A stretch of DNA of 64,000 nucleotides from Eledone cirrhosa (lineage: Eukaryota): NCBI GenBank assembly GCA_964016885.1, contig OZ024741.1, positions 386,818,001 through 386,882,000 of the forward strand, written 5' to 3'. Shown piece by piece: positions 30,653 to 44,873 of the stretch. The notes beneath the pieces are model-generated. The model had not been told where the DNA came from. It did not search any database and was given only the letters and a program-made list of their open reading frames with translations. How positions within the stretch are numbered: the first letter of the stretch is position 1; every line of letters starts with the position of its first letter. The translations under genes and the position numbers were made by a program.

Positions 30653-30745
30653 TATATATATATCAATGATATTAATAAATTGAAACTATATTTATAAAAC
30701 CATATTTATTTCATTATATATATTTCAAGGGTACCAAATTTTGTA

Positions 30746-30802
30746 TTTTATCTGATGAGAGCGTACCAAAATGTTGGTACCCTTGAAATATATATAATAA
30801 AA
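30746..30802 (+). ncRNA. Type I hammerhead ribozyme (predicted)
   Basis: TTTTAT-CTGATGA-GAGCGTACCAA-AATG-TTGGTACCCTT-GAAA-TATATA-TA-ATAAAA; AUA triplet; palindromic stem III. Confidence 0.7.
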
Positions 30803-30832
30803 GAAATATGGTTTTATAAATATAGTTTCCAT

Positions 30833-30835
<3 letters not shown>

Positions 30836-30872
<37 letters not shown>

Positions 30873-31141
30873 AATATTGTGTACAGTGCTCAGGTGCACT
30901 ACAACTCATCAAAAAGTGTATGTATAGTACATAGGGTAATGTACAAACGTCAGGAAAATGAACAGTGCATGAGTCATGATATACACATGTGTGCATGTGT
31001 ATGGAAGGGGTACATCAGGTGTAGTTTTGGCGTATTTCGGGAAGCATGAGTGTTTTAAAGGATGCAGTGTCTCGGCAGCTAACAACTGACGCAGGTAGTT
31101 TGTTCCATGCTTCAGCAACTCTGAGCGTGAAAAAATGTTTA
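30836..31141 (-). mobile_element. 5'-truncated CR1-like LINE with CATTTA target-site duplication
   Basis: Matches 51224-51507; TSD at 30830-30835 and 31142-31147. Confidence 0.85.
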
Positions 31142-31261
31142 CATTTATTAATATCATTGATATTATACTCCAGAAAAAATTGTAGGGTGCTTCGAATCTG
31201 TTATAAATAAATTTGTTGAATAACCAACAAATTAAATATATCTTTGCTTATATATATATAT

Positions 31262-31325
31262 ATTGAAATAACAGATTAAAGTTTAGGCAAAGAATCGCTG
31301 CTTTCACCCTTAACGCGATCTTCTT
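31262..31325. mobile_element. Family H1, copy 4 (single arm)
   Basis: AAATAACAGATTAAAGTTTAGGCAAAGAATCGCTGCTTTCACCCTTAACGCGATCTTCT between (TA)n tracts. Confidence 0.75.
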
Positions 31326-31326
31326 A

Positions 31327-31390
<64 letters not shown>

Positions 31391-32289
31391 CTTGATAAAT
31401 CATACTGAGTTCTCTGTTTTTGTTGTTTGTACTAAAAACTATATATTTACACATATACAATGCAGAGATATATATTGAGGTGCTACTGGAATGTTAGGTA
31501 CTGAATAGTTATAGCCCTGAAATTTTAAGAGACAACTTAATGTGGAGGGCTGATGTAATCCTTGTATTCTTGACATAATCCAATAATACAATGATTACAA
31601 TAGATGGTTTTCATTGATTGAACAACTAGAAAGAAGTAGTTGATTAAAGAACATTGAAACTGATATAAAATTCATCTCTTATCTGTATTCTTGTGTAGTC
31701 TGGATTAAATGTATGGCTGTCTTGTATTCATACAACAATATAGTACTCATTGAACACAAAAGAAGGGAATCACTGTTCTTCTTAGATATACTTTTGTTTT
31801 ATATCTCTCTAAAATTCTTTCAAAATTTTTCAAGGTCTTGTTCTGATGATTCTATAGATATTTTCAAAATTTGCAAATCAATTCCTGGAAATATGGTATA
31901 GGATGGAAATACAAAGGATACGCATCCCGACACCCAAGAGAGCGTCCAGAAGGGAGCAAACTTTAACATCCCTGGAAATATTACTGCTAGTTCATTATGA
32001 AGATAGATTCCTCTCATGCAATAGATTCTAAGTCATACTAGAATTTGTTACATTCCTCTAAAGGTTTCTTCACAGGTCTTTAAAATTACCATTTTTCTAC
32101 CTTATATTTTGTTTGTTATGGTGTGCAGACAATCAAATCCTTTCAAATCCTACATACCACCCACACATATTGATGACAACCATTCTATCAAAGGCCTTGC
32201 TTTCTTAAGGTATCATTTCATAATTTCTTTTTCCACTTAACATTGGGTAACATTGATGCACTGGAAATATTCCAGAAATTTCCTCTCAG

Positions 32290-33090
32290 ACATCTATTGT
32301 ATATCTGACACCTAACCAGTATCTGACCTCTGTACATCATTTGACATCTGTATAGCATTTGACATCTGTACGTTTTTTTACCTCTGTACAGTATCTCTCA
32401 TCGGTCCAACTTCTGACATCTGTACAGTGGTTGACATCTGTACGGCAGATGGCATCTGTACAGTATTTCTCATCGGTACAGCTTCTAACATCTGTACAGC
32501 TTTTGAGATCTGTATACCATTGCTTAACTGCACAGTATCTGTCATCTGTACAGAATTTGACATCTGTATAGCATCTGACATCTATGCAGCATTTCATAAC
32601 TGTACACCATCTGATATATGCATAATATGTGTGCAGCAACACATAACTAGTCTGAACATGGCATTTGCATCGCAATATATATATATGCAGCCTCTGACAT
32701 CTCTGCAGCGGTTATCCTTTTCATTGCATCTAACATTTGTAAACCATCTGATAGCTGTACAATATCTAACATCTGCTTGTATACTATTTGATATCTAGCA
32801 TCTGTACACCGCCTGGCATCTGTATACCAACTTCAGACTACAGTATACCCCCCCCCACACACACACACACACACTCACTGGCATCTGTACTACATCTAGA
32901 ATCCTTCTGTATACTATTTGATATATACCATCTAGCATCTGTATACCCTCTGACTTCTGTATACCAACTTCAGCCTACAGTACTGGCATCTGTACAACAT
33001 CTAACATATGTACTACATCTGGCAGCTGTACAACATATGTCATCTGTATACCATTTGGTATCTGTAGAGTATCTGTAGGCTCTCTGATAT
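32290..33090. repeat. Degenerate 18-bp minisatellite
   Basis: Unit approximately TCTGACATCTGTACAGTA. Confidence 0.8.
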
Positions 33091-34681
33091 ATCTGTAAAT
33101 GTGAAATATACAAATTACAACACAAGGTCAAATGTCACATTCTTGGTTGGGGATCAGTCTTGACCATTCTTAATCTTACACCTCCTCTGCATCACATATG
33201 TGAACTGTGATTTATTTATAAGCGTTTTTTTTTCAAGAAAAACTTTCCTCCACACCCAATGAAAGGAACATCCACCATAAAAAATCATCATTGTTATCAC
33301 CATCATAATTGTGGCTGTTATTGCTGCTCCTGTTGGTGTTTTTGTTGTTGTAAATATCATTATCATTATTGTTGTGTCTTTGTAGTATATAGTTGCATTT
33401 TCTTTTTACATTTTGGGTTCAAATCCTGCCAGTAACATTGGGCATTTGAAACAAATACCAGTCAAATACTGGAATCGATCTAATCGACTATACAGTCCTT
33501 CACCCCCAAATTTGTGGAACTCATTAGAATATAGTTAAGAGAGAAAGATATGGGGCAAAGAAAAACAAAGAGACAAAAGGAGATAGAGAGAAAAAGGAAA
33601 AAATGAGTGGCATAGATTAGAGGGAGAGAATGGTAAAGAGACACAGACAGTTGAAAGGGATAAAAGCTGGGGTGGGAGCTGAGAGGTGTGGAGAAGTAAG
33701 AGGGATAGAGGTGATTTGTCTGACTAGAGTAAGAGGATGAGATGGCAGCCATCCATTTCCATGACACCTTTCTTCCAACCAGCCATAGCATACCATACCA
33801 CATTATATACGCTACCCCATCATATCCTACTTTAGTTAAGTGCATGCTTATATACTTAGAGTAGTGAGCCAAAAAGAACATTTAATCAATTGAAATTACA
33901 CCCATAATGAGAAAACAATTTATCATTAGCCTTAACAAATTTTGTCGTGGAAGACAAGGGAGAGAACTCTTAAATCGATTGAAAATTAGATACAGTTAAT
34001 AGTAAGTTTGAATCTCTGGTAAGTACAGCCACTACATCTGTTCTAAAACATACCAGATACTAGAACACCTTTGAGCAGATATAGTAGAGATTTTTGTGAA
34101 GTTTATTTACAGATTAAGCAATTATCCTGCTCTGCCTTATTGTATACTCACATATATCTCTACCATGATGATGATGGTGGTGGCACAGTGAAGAGAAGCC
34201 TACAGTCAATTAAACAGAGTGATATTTTTTTTCATGGCTTTGACATTAACTGGACCTCCAAGACTTGAATAAATGTCAAAGGCTGAAAATGTGACTTATG
34301 TGTTGCTGCTAACTCCTATTTTGATCCAGCTGAGAGTCAGTGGGTTCACCCTTAATGTGTTACACATCTAAAGGCTGGCAACTGGTATTAGAAAGTTAAT
34401 TTGATAAAGATGAGTAGATATATTTAATCTTAGCATTTGATGGTGGAAGGTATATGTGGTTGTCATTTAGCATTGATTCAGCTGACTTAGGCTATCAAAA
34501 CCTTTCCAGCTGTGACCAGGCTCCTGTTATATTTGACAGTAGATCTGCATTAGAGAACTTCTTCCACATCTATGCACGGTCAAACAATGCAAAGGAAAAT
34601 GGTTTGTCAGCCTAGTCATACAGCTGGCAATAAGAGAACAGTTTATGCCTTTTATATGCTTTTCAATTGCCTCACATTCTC

Positions 34682-34725
<44 letters not shown>

Positions 34726-34859
34726 GCTAGCTAGCTATCTATCAATCTCTATCTATCTATCTATCTATCTACCTACCTATCTATCATCATATCAACTCAC
34801 TAAACTCTTCTACAAACTCTCTCCATGCACATATGGGGGGGGGGGTTGTATACATATAA

Positions 34860-35100
34860 AAAAGTCAACAAGGAAAAGGACAATACAACACAGTGATGAT
34901 ATATATTAGTTTAATGCTTGATATAGTAGAAAAAGAGTTTTAAGGTTTCAGACATTAGTCCTTCATTGGAAGATAGAAAGAGAAAGAGAAGAGAGGGTGA
35001 TAAATAGAAAGAAGAAATAGGAAGATAGACAAAATTAAGGAAAGAAAAACAAATTATAGACATCTATCACCAGCTCCCACTTTCTACATCCCTCTCTCTT
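34860..35100 (-). mobile_element. Family P pLTR-like copy with HHR relic (34938-34973)
   Basis: Minus strand TCTTCCAATGAAGGACTAATGTCTGAAACCTTAAAAC, homologous to 8753-8790. Confidence 0.55.
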
Positions 35101-35199
35101 CATATATATATATAAATATATATATATACATATATATATAGCGTGAAACTAATAAACCTTTGTTTGTACTGCCTCTCTGTTTTGTTCCCGTTCCATTTT

Positions 35200-35241
<42 letters not shown>

Positions 35242-35521
35242 TATGTATATGAATATATACATATATATATATATATACATACATATATATATGTAGGTGG
35301 GGGTGTGGGTGTACATATATTTATATATATATAACATACATATATACATATATATATGTATAGATATATGTATATAAAAGTGAGGGGGTGTAGAAAGAAA
35401 CTGGTGACAGATGTCTCTCTCTCTATATATATATATATACATATAAATATATTCATACAAACTTATAGTTCACAAACACACACACATACATAAATACATA
35501 CATACACATACATGTTTTGAG

Positions 35522-35722
35522 TTTTGTTTGTTTTTAGTTGTTTGTTTTGTTTTGTTTTGTTTTGTTTTGTTTTGTTTTGTTTTGTTTTGGTTTTGTTTTG
35601 TTTTGTTTTGTTTTGTTTTGTTTTGTTTTGTTTTGTTTTGTTTTGTTTTGTTTTATTTTATTTTATTTTATTTTATTTTATTTTATTTTATTTTATTTTA
35701 TTTTATTTTATTTTATTTTATT
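35522..35722. repeat. (TTTTG)n-(TTTTA)n compound pentanucleotide repeat
   Basis: Direct reading. Confidence 0.95.
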
Positions 35723-35970
35723 ATCTCACTCCTTACATAAATGTAATGTTTTATATTGAACGCATCTAATGGTGAGACATAAATGTGATGATGATGATGA
35801 TGATGAAGAGGGGGTCGAAGAGGGGGAAGAGGGGCAAAGGAGGAGGAGGAGGGTAATGATGATGATAATGATGATGATGAGGGGAAAGGGAAAGAAGATG
35901 AGGGAGAAGAAACAGAAAATACTTCCCCCACCCCAAAAAACGAAAAAGAAAAACGATTTCAACACTATAT

Positions 35971-36004
<34 letters not shown>

Positions 36005-36776
36005 TCATTTATTGACCACAAGGGCCTACATATAGGGGACAGTATAATAATAAATATGAACAACTGCAAAAGGAAGACAAAGAAGACGAAGACGAAGAAG
36101 AAGAAGACGAAGAAGAAGAAGAAGAAGAAGAAGAAGAAGAAGAAGAAGAAGAAGAAGAAGAAGAAGAAGAAGAAGAAGAAAGTATTCTTTTGGGTATAAA
36201 AAAAATGTTTAATTAATAAAAAATGGTATTAAAATGGGTTATAACAAAATAGTCAAAGAAAAATACTAGGGATTAACAACAACAACAACATCAACAACAA
36301 CAGCAACAACAATAATGATTAACAATGATCAAAGACAAAGTAAAAATCCCAAATAATTTGATGGCATATAAGAATCATTTTCTCCCACCAAAAAATGGCT
36401 CAGAATTATCACCTGGGTCATCATATATGCCAAGTTGGTTACCTAGTAGGTTGACATTTTTAAAAAATAATAATCCCTGTTGAAATGGGAAGGGGGTCTT
36501 ATACATCTGGTGGGGTGTGGGGAGGGTCTTATATGTCATCAAATACAGAAAACATGACAATAACAACAGCAGCAACAGTAAAAGAATTTTGAATTTGTTG
36601 TTGTTTCTCTTTTTTTTAAAGAAGTGACCTGAAAAACTGCACATAATTCGGACATGAATCTATCTCAACGTTTGTATCTGTTTTCTTTTCTGTTTTCTGT
36701 TTTTTTTAATGTGGTAGTTACTGCTTACTACACAGACTTTTGGAAAACATACATATACATTCACACACACACATAC

Positions 36777-36816
<40 letters not shown>

Positions 36817-37319
36817 GTGTGTGTGTATATATATATATATGCATATATATATATGCATATATATATATATATATATGCATATATATATACATGTGTATTC
36901 CAAGTATATCTACATATACTTACATAACTATATATAATAATATTCATATTTATACATATATACATATCCATCTATATACATCAATAAATATATATATATT
37001 ATATATGTGTGTGTGCCTATATATACATATATACATATATATTATATATATCCTACTGTATAGGCTGTATGCCAAATATCATATTTCTATATATATATAT
37101 ATACATACTCATATATATATACACCTATGTAATGTATTTATGCATGTATATATAAATACATGCAAACATATATGTATATATATATATATATACTTATATA
37201 TATGCATATATATAAATATATAAATAACTGTGTTTATATGCATATATATATATATGCATGTATATATATACATACACAAATATATATATATATATATATG
37301 ATTATACATATATATATGC

Positions 37320-37396
<77 letters not shown>

Positions 37397-37434
37397 CATA
37401 CACATACACATATATATATATGTACATATATATG

Positions 37435-37540
<106 letters not shown>

Positions 37541-37543
37541 CAT

Positions 37544-37649
<106 letters not shown>

Positions 37650-37802
37650 GGCAGGAAATCTGCAGTGTTTGAATAATATGTGAAGAATACCAAAAAAATA
37701 AAGAAAATATGATTTTTAAAAAGTATAATATACTAACAATAATATACTAATAATAATAATAATGTTAATAATAATGATAATGATACCAATAATAATAATA
37801 TC

Positions 37803-37856
<54 letters not shown>

Positions 37857-38121
37857 TGTAATCCATACTGTGAACCATTTATAATATGGGTGAGTCATTT
37901 CCTACAAATGCTGATGAAAGAAAAAAAATATTTAATTACTATTGATAAGGAAGAAATTGATTTGCTCCCATCAATGTTTCTTCCGAGATTTGGAAAAAAA
38001 AAATAAAATTGTAAAAAAAAAAAAGGAAAGTCACAGACATTAATAATAATCTACGGATATATACATACATACATACTTGCACACATATATACATACATAC
38101 ATACATACAAACATACAAACA

Positions 38122-38169
<48 letters not shown>

Positions 38170-38235
38170 AATATACATATATATATATGCCTGTATATGT
38201 TATATATATACACATATATATGCATATATAGATAT

Positions 38236-38344
<109 letters not shown>

Positions 38345-38345
38345 C

Positions 38346-38407
<62 letters not shown>

Positions 38408-38417
38408 ATACATACCA

Positions 38418-38476
<59 letters not shown>

Positions 38477-38499
38477 TATAGAGAGAGATAGATATACAT

Positions 38500-38551
<52 letters not shown>

Positions 38552-38723
38552 AATAAATATGCCAGTATGAAATTATATGATGTGATGAGAACAATAAAAT
38601 GAGACATTTTGTTCGTTTGCTTGTTTTTTTTTTGTTTTTTTTTTCAATTTTCTGGATTGATTTTTTCATAAAAAAAACAGCAACAACAACCCATCATATT
38701 GAGAAATTTCAATAAATAAACTG

Positions 38724-38785
<62 letters not shown>

Positions 38786-38816
38786 TTATATATATGTATA
38801 TACATATATATATACT

Positions 38817-38902
<86 letters not shown>

Positions 38903-39499
38903 TACATATATATGAACTCCAAACACAACAGAACACATTCAGACACACACACATGCACACACTTTGCATATATTGCATATAAACTCAAAAATACAATACG
39001 AAAACCAAAAGTTCATAGGTACATTAAAGAAAACAACAATAATAACAACAAAAAAGAAAAGAAAAGAAAGAAGCAAGCATAACAACACCAACTTGGTGGT
39101 TCTGGGTCTTCTGAAAAAAATTTCTTCCTTTAACCAAAGACCCTGTTTTATTAAACCCCCAAGAAAAATTCATTGGCAAAGATTTTAAACACCTTTTTGT
39201 TGCGAGAAAGAAAGAAAAGATAAGAAAAAAAGAAAAATACATTAAAAAAAGAAATTTTGATGTGTTCTTTTTTACTAATAGTTGTTACTTTTCTTGTTGT
39301 TTTTGGTGGATTGGATAAAAAAATCAGAAGAGTTTAAGATGGCTCTTATTTTTATTTTAGAAAGAGAGCCACTCTCACAGATCTCAGGAGTTTTTATTCT
39401 TCTGTATCACCAACCAACTGACTGGGTTTTGATTAGCAGCCAGAGTTGGACAGGCCATATAAACATGTAAACAATGTGTGGTGAACTGCTGAGCTGAGT

Positions 39500-41208
39500 A
39501 TAAGTCATAGCTGCTGGTCAAAATAAATCATACAAACTGTTACAAAAAGTCATAGATACTGGTTAAAACAAATTATAGCTTTTGGTTAAAATAAGTCACA
39601 GCTATTGGTTAAAATAAATCATAGCTATTGGTTATTATGAGACATAGCTACTGGTTCAAATAAGTCATAGCTACTGGTTAAAATAGGCCATAGCTGCTGG
39701 TTAAAATAGGCCATAGCTGCTGGTTAAAATAGGCCATAGCTGCTGGTTAAAATAGGTCATAGCTTCTGGTAAATATAAGTCATAGCTATTGGTTGATATA
39801 AATCATAGCTATTGGTTAATATAAATCATAGCTATTGGTTAAAATAATTCATAGCTATTGGTTAATATAAATCATAGCTATTGGTTAAAATAATTCATAG
39901 CTATTGGTTGATATAAATCATAGCTATTGGTTAATATAAATCATAGCTATTTGTTAAAATAGGTCATAGCTATTGGTTAAAATAAGTCATAGATGCTGGT
40001 AAATATAAATCCTAACAAATGGTACAAAAAAAATCATAACTACTAGTTGAAATAAGTCATAACCATTTCATAAAGTTTGAAATGAAATGTGCCTTAGTTA
40101 AGCAGTGAAAATATGCCTCTGGCCCACAACAGTCAGCAGTCAGTTAATCAGTCTCATCTCAGCAGTGAAAACATGCCTCTAGTCATCAACCACCACAATT
40201 ATGCTAATGTTACCTTAGCTGAGCAGTGGAAACACACCTCTGGCCCACAGCAGTCACCAATCTATCACTTTATCTGAACAATGAAAACATACTTCTGGTC
40301 CTCAGCAGTCAGCAGTCTGTTAGCCAGTGTTACCTTACCTGAGCAGTGAAAACATGCCTCCGGCTCTCAGCAGTGAGGAGTTTGTCATTCAGTGTTCTCT
40401 TATAAATATAAATCCTAGCCACTGGTAAATATAAATCATAGCCACTGGTAAATATATGTCATAACTGCTGGTAAATATATATCATAGCTACTGGTAGATA
40501 TATATCATAACTGCTGGTAAATATATATCATAGCCACTGGTAAACATATATCATAGCTACTGGTAGATATATATCATAACTGCTGGTAAATATATATCAT
40601 AGCCACTGGTAAACATATATCATAGCTACTGGTAGATATATATCATAACTGCTGGTAAATATATATCATAGCCACTGGTAAACATATATCATAGCTACTG
40701 GTAGATATATATCATAACTGCTGGTAAATATATATCATAGCCACTGGTAAACATATATCATAGCTAGTGGTAGATATATATCATAACTGCTGGTAAATAT
40801 ATATCATAGCCACTGGTAAACATATATCATAGCTACTGGTAGATATATATCATAACTGCTGGTAAATATATATCATAGCCACTGGTAAACATATATCATA
40901 GCTAGTGGTAGATATATATCATAACTGCTGGTAAATATATATCATAGCTACTGGTAAATATGTCATAGCCACTGGTAAATATATATCATAGCTACTGGTA
41001 AATATATATCATAGCTACTACTAAATATATATCATAGCTACTATTAAATATATATCATAGCTACTGGTATATATATATATCATAGCTACTGGTAAATATA
41101 TATCATAGCTACTGGTAAATATATATCATAGCTACTGGTAAATATATATCATAGCTACTAGTAAATATATATCATAGCTACTAGTAAATATATATCATAG
41201 CTGCTGGT
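39500..41208. repeat. Two related 23-bp minisatellite arrays (39500-40065, 40400-41208) flanking a degenerate ~60-70 bp repeat (40090-40395)
   Basis: Units TCATAGCTATTGGTTAATATAAA and TCATAGCTACTGGTAAATATATA; middle unit contains AGCAGTGAAAACATGCCTC. Confidence 0.9.
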
Positions 41209-41281
41209 CCAGAAAAGGATCAGCCAAATTATAATTAGTTTTTTCTATATGCAATAAATCACAAAGTTGGCATTTGCAGCC

Positions 41282-41580
41282 TGGTGTGTTTAGCTAGCAA
41301 CCGAGGCTTCACTGCCCATCAGGCCAAAGAGGGCAAACTGTCCAAGTATCAGCCTCTCTCTGATAGGTTTGTGGTTGATGCTGTAGCAGTGGAGACTTCT
41401 GGTGTTCTTGGTCCCCAGACCAGATCGCTACTCACTGCTATCGGGGCAGAGTTGCCTACCCACAAGTGAGAGCCCTCTGATGTAGAGTGGCTGTTCCAGT
41501 GTGTCTCCCTTGCCATCGTCTGGAGCAATGTCTTCTTTATCCTGTCGGCTGGGACCATGAGACGGACTGACCCTTAAGTT
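41282..41580 (+). mobile_element. CRE-like non-LTR element, endonuclease C-terminus
   Basis: KEGKLSKYQPLSDRFVVDAVAVETSGVLGP..WLFQCVSLAI; paralogue at 50840-51100 (-). Confidence 0.75.
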
Positions 41581-41679
41581 TCATTTATGGTGGTGGCATG
41601 TGGATTAGATTGGAAACTGCAGATGGCCAGTTTGAAGGTACAATTGAAGTGATCCATGACAGGAAAGATGTCCTTGGTC

Positions 41680-42130
41680 TGTGTAAGATAGGGTAGTTCT
41701 ATACAGGATGGGGAAGTTTTGTGTAGAGAGGACAGTTGTGTGTATGGTAGGGCTTGTCTGTGTAGGAGGGGGAAGTTCTGTATGGGATGGGGCAGTTGTG
41801 TGTAGGATAAAGCATGTCAATGTATGATGGAGCTTGTCTGTATAGAGTGGAGTTTGTGTAGGGTGAGGCAAGTCAGTGTAGGGTGAGGCAAGTCAGTGTA
41901 GGGTGAGGCATGTCTGTGTAGGGTGGAGCATGTCTGTGTAGGGTGGGGGATGTCTGTGTAAGGTGGAGCTTGTCTGTGTGGGATGGGGATTGGGTGTGTA
42001 GGGTGGGGCATGGATGTGTAGAGTGGGGCATGGATGTGTAGAGTGGAGCTTGTCTGTGTGGGGTGGGGAATGGCTTTGTAGGGTGGGGCATGTCTGTGTG
42101 GAGTGGGGAATGTCAGTGTAGGGTGGGAGA
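41680..42130. repeat. G-rich 20-bp minisatellite
   Basis: Unit approximately TGTCTGTGTAGGGTGGGGCA. Confidence 0.85.
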
Positions 42131-42584
42131 GGTTAGGATAAAGGGACAAATGTTGGGTGGAGTTGACAAAGAGTCCTGGTTGAATCTGACATGAGTGAAG
42201 TAGGTCTGGACCAGATTGTAGTGACGAGGGAAGAATTCTAGAAAGGTGTGGGAGGTAGAAGGGGGATCTGATTTGGGGAGAAAGAAGTGTTATTTATTAT
42301 TCATTTATTTATTTAATCAATATAAACGTCCGTATAGAGCTAATAAGCCATGTCAGACTAAGGGATGTATTTAGTACTTATTCCAGTTAAGAAACAAAAA
42401 GCCAGACAGACAGAGATAAGTGAGGAGAGGGGAGGGCACTAAAGAGATTGCATGGCAGGATGGAAAATGATGAGAAGGGGAAGGTAGTTGTTATTGATGG
42501 TGGTGGTGGGTAGGTATAGGGCAATTAATTATATGAAAGTATGATAGAGTGTGTAGCTCGGAGACCAGAGAGTCACTCCAGGTA

Positions 42585-42860
42585 GAGCCGCTACTTCTCT
42601 GAATTGAGAGATCACAGCTCCGATACTACAGACATGTAGTTAGAATGTCTCAAAAAAGAATCGATGGACATATTTTATGGAAAAGCCAACCAGCAGAAGA
42701 CCCTGGGGTGGACCTTCAGTAAGATGGTTGGACAACATATATGACCTCGGCTGGTCACACTGGAAGGAGTGTTTGAGGACTCAGCCCCCCATGATATTCC
42801 CAGGATTAAGTGGGCAAAGAAGAAGAAGAAGAAGAAGAAGAAGAAGAAGAAGAAGAAGAC
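42585..42860 (+). mobile_element. LINE 3' end (RTE-like) with (GAA)n tail
   Basis: ERSQLRYYRHVVRM..RRPWGGPSVRWLDNI followed by (GAA)n. Confidence 0.6.
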
Positions 42861-43620
42861 AGAAAGCAGCTGGATAGTTGTTGAGATGCTGAAAATACTT
42901 GGCAAAATAGAAGACTGACTAATGAGTTGCAGAGTGAAACAGTGAGTAGAGGGAATGACTGCCAAAGCAGCAGTATTACCATCAACTGCAACAAAGGTAA
43001 AGGAAGGAATTGACCCAGACCACATTCACTTACTGAGTGGAGTGGAACTTGTCAAATCAAACCAAGGAAACAATGTTTTCATTTGTCTTTCCATTTCTGA
43101 TACTATCTACCGGTCACATCTCCTGGCAGGAGGAGCAATGTGAAATAAAGTGTCTTACTCAAGGATATAATGCATTGCAAGGTCCGAGAATCAAATTTTC
43201 AATCTCATGATTGCGAATCCAGTTCCCTAACCACTAAGCCACCTGCCTTCACAACAAAGATACAGAAAATATTTTAGAAAGAAACAACTATAAAGACATT
43301 AAATTGATGAACCAAGTTATGAAAGCAACCAAAAGAATTATAGAAGAGAATTAGCTTGGATGTGATGTGGCTCACCTTTGTACTACTGATGTCCTTCTTT
43401 TAACAATACAGCTACAGAAGTTCTTTGCTAAGAACAAACCACTATACCTGGAATTTGTTGATCTGAAGAAAGCCTTTAACAGGCTAGCATGCTCTGTAGT
43501 CAAGTGGTTTATAAGAAAACTAGATGTAAAGGAATGATTTCTGAGAGTCATGCAAGTCATGTACAGAGATTCTGTCATCAGAATGAGAGTTATCAATGAG
43601 TTCAGTGAGGAATTTACTAG
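42860..43620 (+). pseudogene. Decayed RTE RT fragment, interrupted by a SINE
   Basis: NCNKGKG | NNYKDIKLMNQVMK..KNKPLYLEFVDLKKAFNR..MQVMYRDSVIRMRV. Confidence 0.75.
43005..43251 (-). mobile_element. tRNA-headed SINE with a degenerate 16-bp TSD
   Basis: Minus-strand head GTGAAGGCAGGTGGCTTAGTGGTTAGG; flanks CAACAAAGGTAAAGGA (42989-43004) and CAACAAAGATACAGAA (43252-43267). Confidence 0.75.
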
Positions 43621-44147
43621 GCAGCTTTCCATACCAAATCAAACCAAGCAAAACAAAAGTTTTCGTTGGCCAGAATTCTACTGCCATCTGATAAATAGCC
43701 ATACTCCATATACAGAAAAGAAGAAGGCAGGAATTCCATATAGTCTACCCAATATAAACTATGAGTGCACAAGAAGTGTAGTGAAATCACAGGCACCATC
43801 ATGTACCATACACTGTCAGAGCTATGGCAGCCACATTCTTCCACTGTGATAGAGTGATAATGGTTGTCTTGGAGAGAAGAGATACTGTGAATGATCACTT
43901 ATGTCATTCTCACAGTGCAGCACAACCAATCCTGAATGAGGGGGCAATCAACACCAGTACTTGATTTGTACTTTATTTTATTAACCCCAGAAAGATAAAA
44001 ACAAAGTTGACCTTTATGGGATTTGAACCCACCAGGCAAAATGTGAGAACAAATACTGGAAAACATTTGTCTGTATCTCCAATGGTTCTGTTAAGCAACT
44101 GCACTATGTCTGCCACATAATGACAATGAAATAGAACTTGGTGGGAA

Positions 44148-44629
44148 TGTATGTTTAGAAAGCAACAAGTGGAGTTTGAAAACTGAATTAGAAGACTTTG
44201 CTGTAACTTTAACAAAATAAAATACCGTATTTCCCGGTGCTGAAGACGCTTCATCCTCAAGGACACACCCTAATTTTGACAACCCAAAATTTGAAAAAAA
44301 TTATAAACAACCTTCGGCCTCCAGTACACATGGTAGATTATTGCGACTTAGGAGGAAAGTAGCATCTTCAACGCCAGGAAATACGGTAGTCTAATAATAA
44401 CAGTGCATATAAACCCACTGAATGGAAAAAGATTGGCATCAGCAAACATGGGAGTTGAACCCACACATCTGTTTAACATGGATTCAACTTCCATGTGTGC
44501 TGATACCCATCTTTTTCCATTCAGTGGGTTTATACACCCCGTTATTATTAAATTATTTTATTGAGTCAAAGTTACAGCAAAGTCTTCTCATCCAGTTTTC
44601 AAAATCTGATGCTGTTTTCTAAACATACA
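44148..44629. mobile_element. Fold-back of a tRNA-headed repeat
   Basis: Inverted arms centred at about 44470; a third, direct copy with A/B boxes at 44686-44856. Confidence 0.7.
44225..44386. mobile_element. Tc1/mariner (pogo-like) MITE
   Basis: 25-bp TIRs CCGTATTTCCYGGYGYTGAAGAYGC, TA duplication on both sides. Confidence 0.85.
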
Positions 44630-44873
44630 CTCTTTTTTTAACCTATTGCTATTAAGATATAGTTCCTAAAAATAATGGGAGAGATGGGTAGGTTCATTGG
44701 CATAATGGTAGCATACTCATCCAGCAAACAAGAGATGTGGGTTCAATTCCCATGTGTGCTGATGCCTGTCTGTATCCATTCAGTGGGTTTATACAACCCA
44801 TTATTAGCAGACTATTTTATTTAGTAAAAGTTACAGCAAAATTTTCTAATTCAATCTTTTAGAACTTGATTAA

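Larger units (their letters stand above)
30661..31250 (+). mobile_element. Fold-back PLE-derived insertion with HHR, interrupted by CR1
   Basis: Arm 30661-30737 pairs with 30774-30835 + 31148-31162. Confidence 0.75.

Noticed and set aside
31480-32270. Possible very old Penelope ORF remnants
   Set aside because: Only vague similarity; no diagnostic motif readable.
32337-32675. Cys-rich TDVxxC repeat ORF
   Set aside because: Explained by an 18-bp minisatellite; several frames are open and no splice context is evident.
35722-35778. Possible miRNA hairpin
   Set aside because: Only the outer ~6 bp pair.
44690-44760. Functional tRNA gene (also the SINE heads at 187, 24961, 53006)
   Set aside because: The cloverleaf stems do not pair; these are repeat heads.
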